Below, one piece after another: positions 27,722 through 36,733 of a stretch of 57,648 bases of DNA; within the stretch, counting starts at the first letter, position 1, and each line of letters begins with the position of its first letter. Position numbers and translations under genes: made by a program. The notes below the pieces were generated by a model, which was not told the DNA's origin, searched no databases, and was given only the letters and a program-made list of their open reading frames with translations. This DNA is from an uncultured Lishizhenia sp. (GTDB lineage Bacteria; Bacteroidota; Bacteroidia; Flavobacteriales_D; Crocinitomicaceae). The stretch is from positions 1 through 57,648 of the forward strand of contig CAZLVX010000001.1 in the NCBI GenBank assembly GCA_964562965.1. The letters are read 5' to 3'.

Positions 27722-28540
27722 TTTTATGGAGTTCTCCGTTAAGGTTATAAGTTGTTTTTTTAGCAATTTACCAACGGTTTGTTTAAATAGCTTTTTACTC
27801 ATACCGAGCACTGAAACAATTTCCTCTGGACTTGATTTATCGTGAAGAAAAATTTCTTTTTTCTCCTTTAGAAGATCCAATAGTATAACAAAAGCATTGT
27901 CATATTTTTCTAATCCCAATGCATCTATTTGTAGATCTAATTTTCCGTCCTCTCTTACTTTCCTTACATAACAGGTAATCTCGTCACCAATTTGAAGATT
28001 TTTATTGACATCATTTTTGAAGATCAGACCTTCGTAACGCTGATTTACAACAACCTTTACACCCAATTCTGTACGTTGCCAGATCAATCCATTAACAATT
28101 TGTTCTTCTAAAGATTCTCGGCAGGGTTCAAGAACTTTTCCAATTTTGCTGCTACCAAATAGGCGATCTGTTTGATTATCGTAACGCAAGGTTACCAAAT
28201 AAGATTGACCTTCCTCCATTTTTTGCGCTTGTTCTTTAAATGGAACAAATAAATTTTTGTCTAGTCCCCAATCGACAAAAGCACCGTACATGTTTACCGT
28301 ATCCACTTTTAGGTAGGCGATCGTCCCCAAAAGTAAAAAGGGTTTCTCTGTTGTTGCTACGATTCTATTTTGAGAATCTTTGAATACAAAAACATCAACA
28401 GTGGCTCCAACTTGGAAATCACTTTCGGGAACAAGATATTTTTTTGGCAAGAGCACTTCGTCACCTTTAAAATCCTCTAAATACGCTCCTGGTGGTGTTA
28501 TTCTATTAACAGTAAGTTTATTGATTCTACCTAACTGCAT
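27713..28540 (-). CDS. S1 RNA-binding domain protein (CvfB/YitL family)
   Basis: 275 aa starting MQLGRINKLTVNRITPPGAYLED...EVLLPKKY, with repeated S1-like modules and a winged-helix-like C-terminus. Confidence 0.8.
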   Translation of the reverse strand: MQLGRINKLTVNRITPPGAYLEDFKGDEVLLPKKYLVPESDFQVGATVDVFVFKDSQNRIVATTEKPFLLLGTIAYLKVDTVNMYGAFVDWGLDKNLFVPFKEQAQKMEEGQSYLVTLRYDNQTDRLFGSSKIGKVLEPCRESLEEQIVNGLIWQRTELGVKVVVNQRYEGLIFKNDVNKNLQIGDEITCYVRKVREDGKLDLQIDALGLEKYDNAFVILLDLLKEKKEIFLHDKSSPEEIVSVLGMSKKLFKQTVGKLLKKQLITLTENSIKLK

Positions 28541-29598
28541 TATTGTCCATTGATTTCATTGAATTTCCGAGGTTTCCTTTTTGTTTTATATTTACCGGTG
28601 GTGACTTTCAGACTATTTTTGGATTCCCTCTTACTGGTTTTTACCTTTTTTGGAACCATATTCATCTCATTTTTGGCAGATTCTAATTCTGATTCAGGAG
28701 TTCTTGCTACGTGATTAACTGTCTCGCCTGGTCTATCTTCATCTGGATTTTTCCATTGACGCATTTCTTTTTTTGCATCTCCTTGATTAACAGCAATTAC
28801 ATCTTCACGTAAATACCACATTCCATCTTCTAAATAAAATGCATCATATGACATGTCAGGAACATAATAGGATTTAACACCCGCCAAACTTTGTGCTTCA
28901 GGAGAAAGATGATCCATTACTATTCGATTGTACTTCTTATCAAAGGTCAAGGTCATTTTCGCTTGCTCGGAAAACTCGTAAATCATTCTTTTATGAACCG
29001 TGTTTTTTTCTTTGAATACAGGACTTCCGAACTTGACTCCATTTGAGGACACTGTCATCACATCTATGACTTTAAAATTATTTCCCGGAGTTCCTCCATC
29101 CCAACCAAGAAGAACATATTCCATTTTGCCATTTCTCTCAAATGGAATCATTTGATAATACAAGGCGCCGTACCAATTTTTTGCATCAATTATGCCGGTT
29201 GGTCGCTCGGAATAAGGATCGAGAATGTCATTTAGCTCGAATAACTTAACTTTTTCTTTCCTGTCATCAAAATGCATAACTACCCCATCAAAGGCATAGG
29301 TAAAATCAGTGTATTCAATATTCCAGGTGATCAATCGTACAAGGCCATCAGGGCTATCTAATACTGAGATAGTTTTGCACGAATTAAATTTGTGAGTGAG
29401 TGCTCCCTCATTTTTAAGAAAGTCTAACATTTTCACTTTGAATTTAGCATTTAGTTCAGTCATTTCCTCGTCTGTTGTCGCTCCCCTGAGAAGAAGCAAC
29501 GATTTATTGAGTTCATTTTCTTTCTCACTCAAATCTTGTGAATAGAAATTAGAGGAAAGTAAAACTAAAAAAGTGAAGAAAATTAGTTTCATGAACAT
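28540..29598 (-). CDS. hypothetical secreted protein with Lys-rich C-terminal tail
   Basis: 352 aa with signal peptide MKLIFFTFLVLLSSNFYSQ and tail ...KKVKTSKRESKNSLKVTTGKYKTKRKPRKF. No family recognised. Confidence 0.6.
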   Translation of the reverse strand: MFMKLIFFTFLVLLSSNFYSQDLSEKENELNKSLLLLRGATTDEEMTELNAKFKVKMLDFLKNEGALTHKFNSCKTISVLDSPDGLVRLITWNIEYTDFTYAFDGVVMHFDDRKEKVKLFELNDILDPYSERPTGIIDAKNWYGALYYQMIPFERNGKMEYVLLGWDGGTPGNNFKVIDVMTVSSNGVKFGSPVFKEKNTVHKRMIYEFSEQAKMTLTFDKKYNRIVMDHLSPEAQSLAGVKSYYVPDMSYDAFYLEDGMWYLREDVIAVNQGDAKKEMRQWKNPDEDRPGETVNHVARTPESELESAKNEMNMVPKKVKTSKRESKNSLKVTTGKYKTKRKPRKFNEINGQ

Positions 29599-29625
29599 AC
29601 AAACGCACTCTGAAATAAAAAGTTA

Positions 29626-30273
29626 CTACAATTCACTTAATGATTTTATGGTAGCCAATGGTGAGTTAGAACCAAAGACAAAACTGCCTGCAACAAGAGC
29701 ATCCGCTCCTGCTTGAATAAGAAGTTTTCCTGTCTCTAAATTTATACCACCGTCTACTTCAATTAAGGCACTTGAATTTTTTAGTTTAATTAATTCTTTG
29801 ATTTTTGCTACTTTATCTGTTGCGGAAACGATAAATTGCTGACCACCAAAACCTGGGTTAACAGACATAACTAATACCAAATCTAGTTCTGAAATTATTT
29901 CTTCCAATACACTGATTGGGGTATGAGGATTTAATGCAACTCCTGCTTTCATTCCCAAGCGTTTAATTTCTGAAACTGTTCTATGCAAATGAGTACATGC
30001 CTCATAATGAACCGTTAATATATTCGCGCCCGCAGCACAAAAATCCACCAAGTAATTATCTGGGTTAGCTATCATGAGGTGGACATCTAAAACTTTCGAT
30101 GTGTGTTTTCGAATTGCTGTAAGAACTGGAAATCCAAATGAGATATTCGGTACAAAAACCCCATCCATTACATCGATGTGAATCCATTCTGCATTCGAGG
30201 AATCTAACATCTCAACATCTCTTTGAATGTTGCCAAAATCACAGGATAGTACAGAAGGAGAAATTATAGCCAT
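29626..30273 (-). CDS. rpe: ribulose-phosphate 3-epimerase
   Basis: 215 aa with SPSVLSCDF, HIDVMDGVFVPN and MSVNPGFGGQ motifs. Confidence 0.95.
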   Translation of the reverse strand: MAIISPSVLSCDFGNIQRDVEMLDSSNAEWIHIDVMDGVFVPNISFGFPVLTAIRKHTSKVLDVHLMIANPDNYLVDFCAAGANILTVHYEACTHLHRTVSEIKRLGMKAGVALNPHTPISVLEEIISELDLVLVMSVNPGFGGQQFIVSATDKVAKIKELIKLKNSSALIEVDGGINLETGKLLIQAGADALVAGSFVFGSNSPLATIKSLSEL

Positions 30274-30295
30274 ATCACAAAATTACGTAAACTTT

Positions 30296-31891
30296 TTATC
30301 CTCCTATTAATAACTTTACATATTCTTCCTCTCTCTTATATAGGTCAAGATGAAAGTACAAAAACTCTTTTGTTGCACTAACTGTTATGTATTCAACGAA
30401 AATTGGTATCGACTTTTTAAGCGGAATACTGAAGTTTATTTCTCTCTGTAAGATACTATCTATGGAATCCCTGACGAAAATATTTCTATTTTTAGGACGA
30501 ATCGAATCATAATCCAAAATTGTTTTCGCCAATTCTACTGGATTTTCACACCGCATACAACCATGAGAAAAACTCCTATACCCTCTTTTAAATAATGACT
30601 TAGACGGTGTATCGTGCACGTAGACATTGTAGGAATTGTAAAATTCAAGTTTAATGATTCCTAGGCTGTTATGTGGGCCAGGGTCTTGAATAACTGTGTA
30701 TGGGAAATTCTTGCTGTATTTTTTCCAGGAGACACTACTCGGATTTATTTCAGTTTTTCCTCTGTAAATTCGGTAATGATTTTTCGAAAGGTAATTTGAA
30801 TTTGCTTTAACCGCAGGCAATATTTCTTTATCTGCTATGGATTGTGGGACCTTCCAGAAAGGATAACAAACAATTCTATTTATCGTGGCCTGTAATTCCG
30901 GTGTTTGGTTAGATGTTTTTCCAATAATTATTCGATTTCGGCTTCTCAATGTGTCATCTGCGACAAAAAACAACTCAAACGAAGGCAAATTCACACGAAC
31001 AAATTTCTTTTCACTTGCTGGTCGCTGCCTCATCTTATCGAGTGCAATGGAAGCCCGAACAACCTTCGTGTAAGTGCTCTCATTTAAAGCTTGTAACGTA
31101 GCGTCATCGATATTGCTATCTTCATTGAAGCCACAATACAATTTGAATTTTTTTATTGCTTTTTTAAATTCGAGATCTGTCGCTTTATTGTTCAGAAATC
31201 CTTTAGAAACAAGACATGACTTAATATTTTTTTCGAAATTCAACGTGTCTTCTTTTTTAGATTTTAATGAATAGGTATGGGTGTCCAATGGGTAGTTTTG
31301 ACAAAAATCATAAAGATGTTGGGCTAGGTATTGATAATTGGTGTCAATTGAGCCTTGTTTTATAATAAGTTTTGATAATGGAATAGTGTCTAATTGCTTC
31401 AGTTGACTGTAGAATTCCTTTCCATCTAATGGAATTAATTCCTTAAATTTCTTTTGCTCAAAATCAAGTAATCCGTTTTTCAAAACTCCTACCATACTCA
31501 ACAGATTAGAAGTCATTAAAATTTCTTTTTCTATCCAATGATAGTTTTTTTTCAGCTCGATCAATCTATTCGTAGGTACACCAAATTGCAATGGTTCCGC
31601 TAGACATTTTTCGACCGTCAATCCAAAATTGGTCAAAGAATCCTTGACATAATACTTAAACTTGAATGCGTTTTCTTTGTAAAAACTAATTACGGCTTCT
31701 TGCTGTTTACTATTTATTCCCAACGAATTTAAAAATCTGGGATCCAGTGCTCTTGAAAACTTTTCGTTATCGGTAATTGAGGGGTCATTTAGGAACGACT
31801 TATCTACATGCTCAATTTCTTCTGCATTTTCCTCACTATTACAACTACTAAATAGCAGTAGCGTTAACAGTAAAAATAAAAATCTAGTCAC
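30296..31891 (-). CDS. L,D-transpeptidase family protein (YkuD domain)
   Basis: 531 aa with a signal/lipoprotein-like N-terminus (LFSSCNS) and the catalytic block YVHDTPSKSLFKRGYRSFSHGCMRCENP. Confidence 0.85.
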   Translation of the reverse strand: MTRFLFLLLTLLLFSSCNSEENAEEIEHVDKSFLNDPSITDNEKFSRALDPRFLNSLGINSKQQEAVISFYKENAFKFKYYVKDSLTNFGLTVEKCLAEPLQFGVPTNRLIELKKNYHWIEKEILMTSNLLSMVGVLKNGLLDFEQKKFKELIPLDGKEFYSQLKQLDTIPLSKLIIKQGSIDTNYQYLAQHLYDFCQNYPLDTHTYSLKSKKEDTLNFEKNIKSCLVSKGFLNNKATDLEFKKAIKKFKLYCGFNEDSNIDDATLQALNESTYTKVVRASIALDKMRQRPASEKKFVRVNLPSFELFFVADDTLRSRNRIIIGKTSNQTPELQATINRIVCYPFWKVPQSIADKEILPAVKANSNYLSKNHYRIYRGKTEINPSSVSWKKYSKNFPYTVIQDPGPHNSLGIIKLEFYNSYNVYVHDTPSKSLFKRGYRSFSHGCMRCENPVELAKTILDYDSIRPKNRNIFVRDSIDSILQREINFSIPLKKSIPIFVEYITVSATKEFLYFHLDLYKREEEYVKLLIGG

Positions 31892-31923
31892 CTCTCTTAA
31901 ATAATTGGTTAATTTAGTAAAAT

Positions 31924-32556
31924 ATGTTCATCGCCTCCAAAGGATTAAGTATTATTTTATTACTAATGTTGTTGACCATTGTAATTTCGGTCGTTTGTTT
32001 TAATTCTGAAACTTGGAAAAGTAAATTGACATTTTTTCCTTATCGAATGAAACGGAAAAATGAAATCTATAGAATAATATCTCACATATTTATACATGCT
32101 GATTTCCAACACCTTGCATTCAACATGCTTTCGGTTTATTTTTTGGGATCATTTCTCGAATATCAATGGCGGTATCAATTTGGTCCGGAAGATGGTGCTC
32201 TTCATATTGCGATACTTTATTTTTTCGGTGGAATCTTTGCTACAGGTTATTTGTATTACAAACATCAAGACAATGTGTTTTACCAAAGTTTAGGGGCTTC
32301 AGGGGCAGTTTCAGCTGTTATTTTTGCTGCTATTTTTTGGCATCCAACCATGAAACTGGGTTTGTTATTTATTCCTGTACCTATACCGGCTTTCGTTTTC
32401 GGTCCTGTTTATCTGTTAATTGAATATTTGGCAATGCGAAGAGGTAATACAGGAATTGCACACGAGGCACATATTGGAGGAGCTCTTTTCGGAATTCTTT
32501 ACGTAACTTTGTTAGAGCCCAATAAATTGATAACCTTTTTTGAACTGATTTTTTAA
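31924..32556 (+). CDS. rhomboid family intramembrane serine protease
   Basis: 210 aa, multi-TM, with HIFIHADFQHLAFNM, GASGAVSAVIF (catalytic Ser) and HEAHIGGALFG (catalytic His). Confidence 0.85.
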   Translation: MFIASKGLSIILLLMLLTIVISVVCFNSETWKSKLTFFPYRMKRKNEIYRIISHIFIHADFQHLAFNMLSVYFLGSFLEYQWRYQFGPEDGALHIAILYFFGGIFATGYLYYKHQDNVFYQSLGASGAVSAVIFAAIFWHPTMKLGLLFIPVPIPAFVFGPVYLLIEYLAMRRGNTGIAHEAHIGGALFGILYVTLLEPNKLITFFELIF

Positions 32557-33416
32557 TGGCTATATTATACGTCAACAATAACGGAACAATATTACCTGCA
32601 GATGCCCCTACAATACATCCGGGTAACAGAGGACACTTGTACGGGGATGGTGTATTTGAGAGTATTCGAGTAATTGCTGGTAAGCCTCTAAATATGGAGA
32701 ACCATATTAAGCGTTTATTAGAAGGAGCAAAGGCAATTAAAATGCGTACTCCTAGTTTTTTTAACGCTAATTTTTTTGAAGAGAAAATTAAAGAATTACT
32801 TTATCGATCATCTATAAAAGAAGGTGGTCGTTGTCGTCTTTCTCTTGACAGAGTGACAGGTGGAGCATATCTGCCTGATTCGAATGAATGTACCTATTAC
32901 ATTGAGGTATATCCTTATGAAGTGAATCATTTTGAATTAAATGCCAAGGGACTTGAAATTGATATTTACCAAGATATTAAACTTCAAAAGAATTTTCTTT
33001 CAAACTACAAAACAAAGGCAGGATTAACATACGTGATGGCCGCATTATCTGCACAAGAAAAAGGGCTTGACGATTTGTTTTTATCTAATGACAGGGGAAA
33101 TATTTTGGAAACCTCCTCTTGCAATGTTTTTGTGGTAAGCAATGGTGTTTTATACACTCCAGGATTAGATGAGGGTTGTTTGGCAGGAACTATGCGTATG
33201 CAAATTATCAATTTAGCACTGGCAAATGGTATTAAGGTATATGAATGTGCTATATTGCCTCAAAACCTTTTAGCTGCAGATGAAATTTTCGTTACTAATG
33301 CTATTCGCGGAATTAATTGGATTGGTGGCTATAGAACTAAACGCTTCTATAATAATATGTCCAGAAAACTTGTGGTTCTTCTCAATGAATTTTGGGAAAA
33401 ACAATTGGAATTATGA
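32556..33416 (+). CDS. aminotransferase class IV (aminodeoxychorismate lyase / BCAT-like)
   Basis: 286 aa with RGHLYGDGVFESIRV near the N-terminus, ..NYKT.. around the PLP lysine region, and ...EIFVTNAIRGI. Fold type IV. Confidence 0.8.
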   Translation: MAILYVNNNGTILPADAPTIHPGNRGHLYGDGVFESIRVIAGKPLNMENHIKRLLEGAKAIKMRTPSFFNANFFEEKIKELLYRSSIKEGGRCRLSLDRVTGGAYLPDSNECTYYIEVYPYEVNHFELNAKGLEIDIYQDIKLQKNFLSNYKTKAGLTYVMAALSAQEKGLDDLFLSNDRGNILETSSCNVFVVSNGVLYTPGLDEGCLAGTMRMQIINLALANGIKVYECAILPQNLLAADEIFVTNAIRGINWIGGYRTKRFYNNMSRKLVVLLNEFWEKQLEL

Positions 33417-33559
33417 TGCAATTAGTTATCGTAATATTTTTTGTTTCAGTAGCTATTTCTTATCTAGCTTATTTATTTTACTCTAAATTTATCAAAAAAC
33501 AACCGCCTTGCGATGGTTGCGCATTTGGTAAATCTGCACATCAAGAATCTCATGAGTAA
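33413..33559 (+). CDS. small membrane protein with C-terminal CxxC (resembles FeoB-associated Cys-rich membrane protein family)
   Basis: 48 codons, below the track cutoff: MMQLVIVIFFVSVAISYLAYLFYSKFIKKQPPCDGCAFGKSAHQESHE. The ATG overlaps the upstream TGA (ATGATG) and the stop overlaps the corA ATG. Confidence 0.55.
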   Translation: MMQLVIVIFFVSVAISYLAYLFYSKFIKKQPPCDGCAFGKSAHQESHE

Positions 33560-34559
33560 TTGCCAATTATATCAATATAACACCGCATTTTTTGCTATTA
33601 AAAAAGAATCAAGTCATTATTTTGCCGATAATTTTTTGGAAGGTGATATCGATACCGATCATGTGTTTTGGTTGAATTATCATGGATTAGAGGATAGAAA
33701 TGCCATTGAACAATTAGCTAAGAAACTAGGCATTGATAAGTTGGTTATTGAAGCCCTCTATACCCCCACAAGACGTCCAAAAGTTGAAGAATATCCAACT
33801 TTCCTTTTTTTTTCGGTAAAATCGCTTTTACCTAACGAACATAATGACAACAGCTTAATTGAAGATAAAATAAGTTTTATTTTAAATGAAAACTACCTGA
33901 TTTCCTATCAAGATAAATCTTCAGATCACTTCACCGATGTTCGCGATAGAATTGAAAAAGCTCGCGGAAAAATTAGAATAAAGGGTCCTGATTTCTTACT
34001 TTACAGAATGTTGGAATCAATTATTGACAACTATTTCGAGGTTCTTTCCGATTGTACCAAAAATATTGAAGCTATAGACGGTCAAATTTTAAAATATCAA
34101 AGCAAGCAGTTATTTAGAGAATTAGAAAACGAGAAAAGAAAGCTCATTTCTTTGAGAAAAATTGTTCTACCATTGCGAGAAATAAGCAATGAACTTTTAT
34201 CCTCAGATAGTAAATTTATCGAAAAAGACAACGCACGCTATTTTCAAAACTTACAGAAATCTTGTGCGAGTATCCTAGAAGAAATCGACGCCAACAAACA
34301 GATTATTGAAGGTATTTCGAATTTATATTACGCGGCTCAAGGCCAAAGAATGAATGAAATCATGAAATTTCTTACAGTTGTCTCGTCCATTTTCATTCCT
34401 CTTACGTTTATTGTAGGTGTTTATGGAATGAACTTTAAGTACATGCCTGAATTAGACTATCCATACGGATATTACACAGTCGTTGGGCTCATGATCGTAC
34501 TCTCTCTAATTCTTCTCTTTTATTTCATTCGTAAAGGTTGGTTAAAGAGAGACGAATAA
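33552..34559 (+). CDS. corA: magnesium/cobalt transporter CorA
   Basis: Start set at MSNCQLYQYN. Two C-terminal TM helices carry the YGMNF signature (GVYGMNFKYMPEL). Confidence 0.9.
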   Translation: MSNCQLYQYNTAFFAIKKESSHYFADNFLEGDIDTDHVFWLNYHGLEDRNAIEQLAKKLGIDKLVIEALYTPTRRPKVEEYPTFLFFSVKSLLPNEHNDNSLIEDKISFILNENYLISYQDKSSDHFTDVRDRIEKARGKIRIKGPDFLLYRMLESIIDNYFEVLSDCTKNIEAIDGQILKYQSKQLFRELENEKRKLISLRKIVLPLREISNELLSSDSKFIEKDNARYFQNLQKSCASILEEIDANKQIIEGISNLYYAAQGQRMNEIMKFLTVVSSIFIPLTFIVGVYGMNFKYMPELDYPYGYYTVVGLMIVLSLILLFYFIRKGWLKRDE

Positions 34560-34607
34560 TGCTTGTTAACGAAGTGTTAAAAAAAACAATGAATGGATTT
34601 TAGGTAT

Positions 34608-34615
34608 TATCTTTG
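34608..34615 (+). promoter_or_regulatory. -7 box TATCTTTG upstream of the first DUF1573 gene
   Basis: Matches TAnnTTTG, 27 nt before the ATG at 34643. Confidence 0.4.
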
Positions 34616-34642
34616 ATTCATACAATTGAAAAACTTAATATC

Positions 34643-35092
34643 ATGAAAAAATTATTCTTCTCTTTTGCATTTTTAGTAGCTGCAATGGTTACTGCAAATG
34701 CTCAAAACACAGCAGTTCAAGCTGGCGCAAAAATTGAATTCAGTAAAGAAACTCACGATTATGGTAACATTAAATACGATGGTGAGCCTTATTGTTCATT
34801 TGAATTCAAAAACACGGGTGATCAACCTTTGATTATTTCAAATGCAAAAGGATCATGTGGTTGTACAGTTCCTGAGTGGCCGAAAGAACCTATAGCTCCC
34901 GGTGCTAAAGGATCAATTCGTGTTAAATACGACACAAAAAGACCAGGTCCAATTAATAAATCAGTAACTATCAATTCTAACGCTGTAAATGTGGAAGGTG
35001 GTATTTCTGTACTTAGAATCAAAGGAGAGGTTGGTCCTGCGCCGGAAAACGGTACGCCAGTAAACAATTCTGGAGCTCCAACAAATAATTAA
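34643..35092 (+). CDS. DUF1573 domain protein (secreted)
   Basis: Signal peptide MKKLFFSFAFLVAAMVTANAQ. FEFKNTGDQPLIISNAKGSCGCTVPEWPKEPIAPG is the DUF1573 CxC core. Confidence 0.85.
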   Translation: MKKLFFSFAFLVAAMVTANAQNTAVQAGAKIEFSKETHDYGNIKYDGEPYCSFEFKNTGDQPLIISNAKGSCGCTVPEWPKEPIAPGAKGSIRVKYDTKRPGPINKSVTINSNAVNVEGGISVLRIKGEVGPAPENGTPVNNSGAPTNN

Positions 35093-35097
35093 TTAAA

Positions 35098-35472
35098 TTG
35101 AAGAACTGGCTATTAGTCGCTTCACTATTTATCACCGCCACTGTGTACGCACAGATGGCGGTTTTTTCTGTTCCTTACCGTACCGCTAAATTCCCTAAAA
35201 CTCTAGAGGGTAAAATAGTTCATTACACCTATTTAGTTACGAATAAAGGAAAGGCCCCGCTAATTATATACTCATCTGAGACGGAATGTTCCTGCACAGA
35301 AGTTGAGTTGCCAACGTCACCAATTGAACCGGGAAAAACAAGTAAAATTGAAGTCTATTTCAATACTTCTGGCAAGTATTTCTATCAAGATAGACTGATT
35401 ACGTTGAGAACAAATACTCGAAAAAAAATAGAACGACTACATTTAAAAGTATTCGTTATTCCTAAGGAATAA
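35098..35472 (+). CDS. DUF1573 domain protein (secreted), paralogue
   Basis: TTG start 5 nt after the previous stop. Signal peptide KNWLLVASLFITATVYAQ. VTNKGKAPLIIYSSETECSCTEVELPTSPIEPG. Confidence 0.75.
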   Translation: MKNWLLVASLFITATVYAQMAVFSVPYRTAKFPKTLEGKIVHYTYLVTNKGKAPLIIYSSETECSCTEVELPTSPIEPGKTSKIEVYFNTSGKYFYQDRLITLRTNTRKKIERLHLKVFVIPKE

Positions 35473-35488
35473 TTTTCTTTGAATCAAT

Positions 35489-36196
35489 TTAAATTTGGTG
35501 AAGCAAGTTATTCACCTCATTGAAGTCTTTGGCTCTATAGATTGAATTACTACTCATTCCCTGTTCTCGCAAAACATGTATTGTCTTCAAACCAGCCATA
35601 CTAGCTGCATCTATTTCTTCCTGAATATCTGATAGGAAAACGATATCACTAGGATCAAGTCCCATTCGAGAAGCGATTTTCAAATAAGATTCTTCACTTC
35701 TTTTTTGCCCAATATTCGTATCAAAATAATGAGATAACCATTTTGTTAAATCTCCAGCTACTGAATATTTAAAAATGAGCTTTTGCGCGTTAACGGATCC
35801 AGATGAATAAATTCCGACATTTAATCCGTTCAAAACCCACTTTTCAAGGTTGAATGCGACATCATCGTAAACGTGACCTTTCAATTCACCTAGTTGATAA
35901 CCCTTATCCCATATAATCCCTTGAAGAGTTTTCAAAGGTGTTATTTTCCTATCCTCTCTACTCCATTGAAGTAATTTTTGAATCACCTCCTCGCTTGTCG
36001 TAAGAACAACTCCTTCCTCTTGTTGGCAAAGATTAATCACCTGGGCAAATGCTTCTTTAACTTCGGAAAGATGCGCAAACTGAGTGATTTCACCAATATG
36101 ATTTCTAAAGTATGGAAAAAGTATGTCATATACATAAGAAACAGAAGATGTTGTTCCCTCAATATCTGAAAGCACAAAACGGCAACGAAAACTCAT
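35489..36196 (-). CDS. mtnC: acireductone synthase (enolase-phosphatase E1)
   Basis: 235 aa HAD-fold protein with LSDIEGTTSSVSYVYDILFPY at the N-terminus and ...IVFLSDIQEEIDAA. Confidence 0.85.
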   Translation of the reverse strand: MSFRCRFVLSDIEGTTSSVSYVYDILFPYFRNHIGEITQFAHLSEVKEAFAQVINLCQQEEGVVLTTSEEVIQKLLQWSREDRKITPLKTLQGIIWDKGYQLGELKGHVYDDVAFNLEKWVLNGLNVGIYSSGSVNAQKLIFKYSVAGDLTKWLSHYFDTNIGQKRSEESYLKIASRMGLDPSDIVFLSDIQEEIDAASMAGLKTIHVLREQGMSSNSIYRAKDFNEVNNLLHQI

Positions 36197-36733
36197 TTAA
36201 GGCATTTTAAAATCAGCAAAAGACTTTTCAATTTGCGAGTCTGTATAATGTGGTACCCATCCGCTCATGTCAATAAATATGCGAATAGCTTTTACAAAAG
36301 GATTTGTTTCTCCGGCGTCAAACCAATGTTTTGTCCCTTCTGGAACGGATATTAAATCGCCTTTTTCACAAAGCAAATTAAAAATAGGTTCTCCCTCTAG
36401 GTGGAACCAAAATAAACCTTTACCATCCACAAAAAAACGAATTTCATCTTCTGTATGAATATGTTCAGCTAAAAATTTCGCGCGAATAGCCTCATAGTTT
36501 TCAGTAGTGGAATTTATTGAAATAACATCTGCAGTTTGGTAACCACCATGCTTCATGAAGGGCCCTAAGTCCTTTTCATATGCACTTAATATATCTTCTT
36601 GTGTTGCTGAATCTTCAAATACTACGTCGCAAGTCCATTGGTCGAAGAATATTCCACGAGCTTCAAAAAAACTCCGAATTTCTTTTACATTTCTAGTTTG
36701 AAAGTCTTTTTCGGGTATTGATAATACAGCCAT
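36197..36733 (-). CDS. mtnD: acireductone dioxygenase (ARD, cupin)
   Basis: 178 aa with EHIHTEDEIRFFVDGKGLFWF and the cupin His/Glu pattern. Abuts mtnC. Confidence 0.85.
   Translation of the reverse strand: MAVLSIPEKDFQTRNVKEIRSFFEARGIFFDQWTCDVVFEDSATQEDILSAYEKDLGPFMKHGGYQTADVISINSTTENYEAIRAKFLAEHIHTEDEIRFFVDGKGLFWFHLEGEPIFNLLCEKGDLISVPEGTKHWFDAGETNPFVKAIRIFIDMSGWVPHYTDSQIEKSFADFKMP

Noticed and set aside
33513-33551. Longer corA start (MVAHLVNLHIKNL...).
   Set aside because: It overlaps the small Cys-motif ORF in another frame. The ATG at 33552 gives a normal CorA N-terminus.
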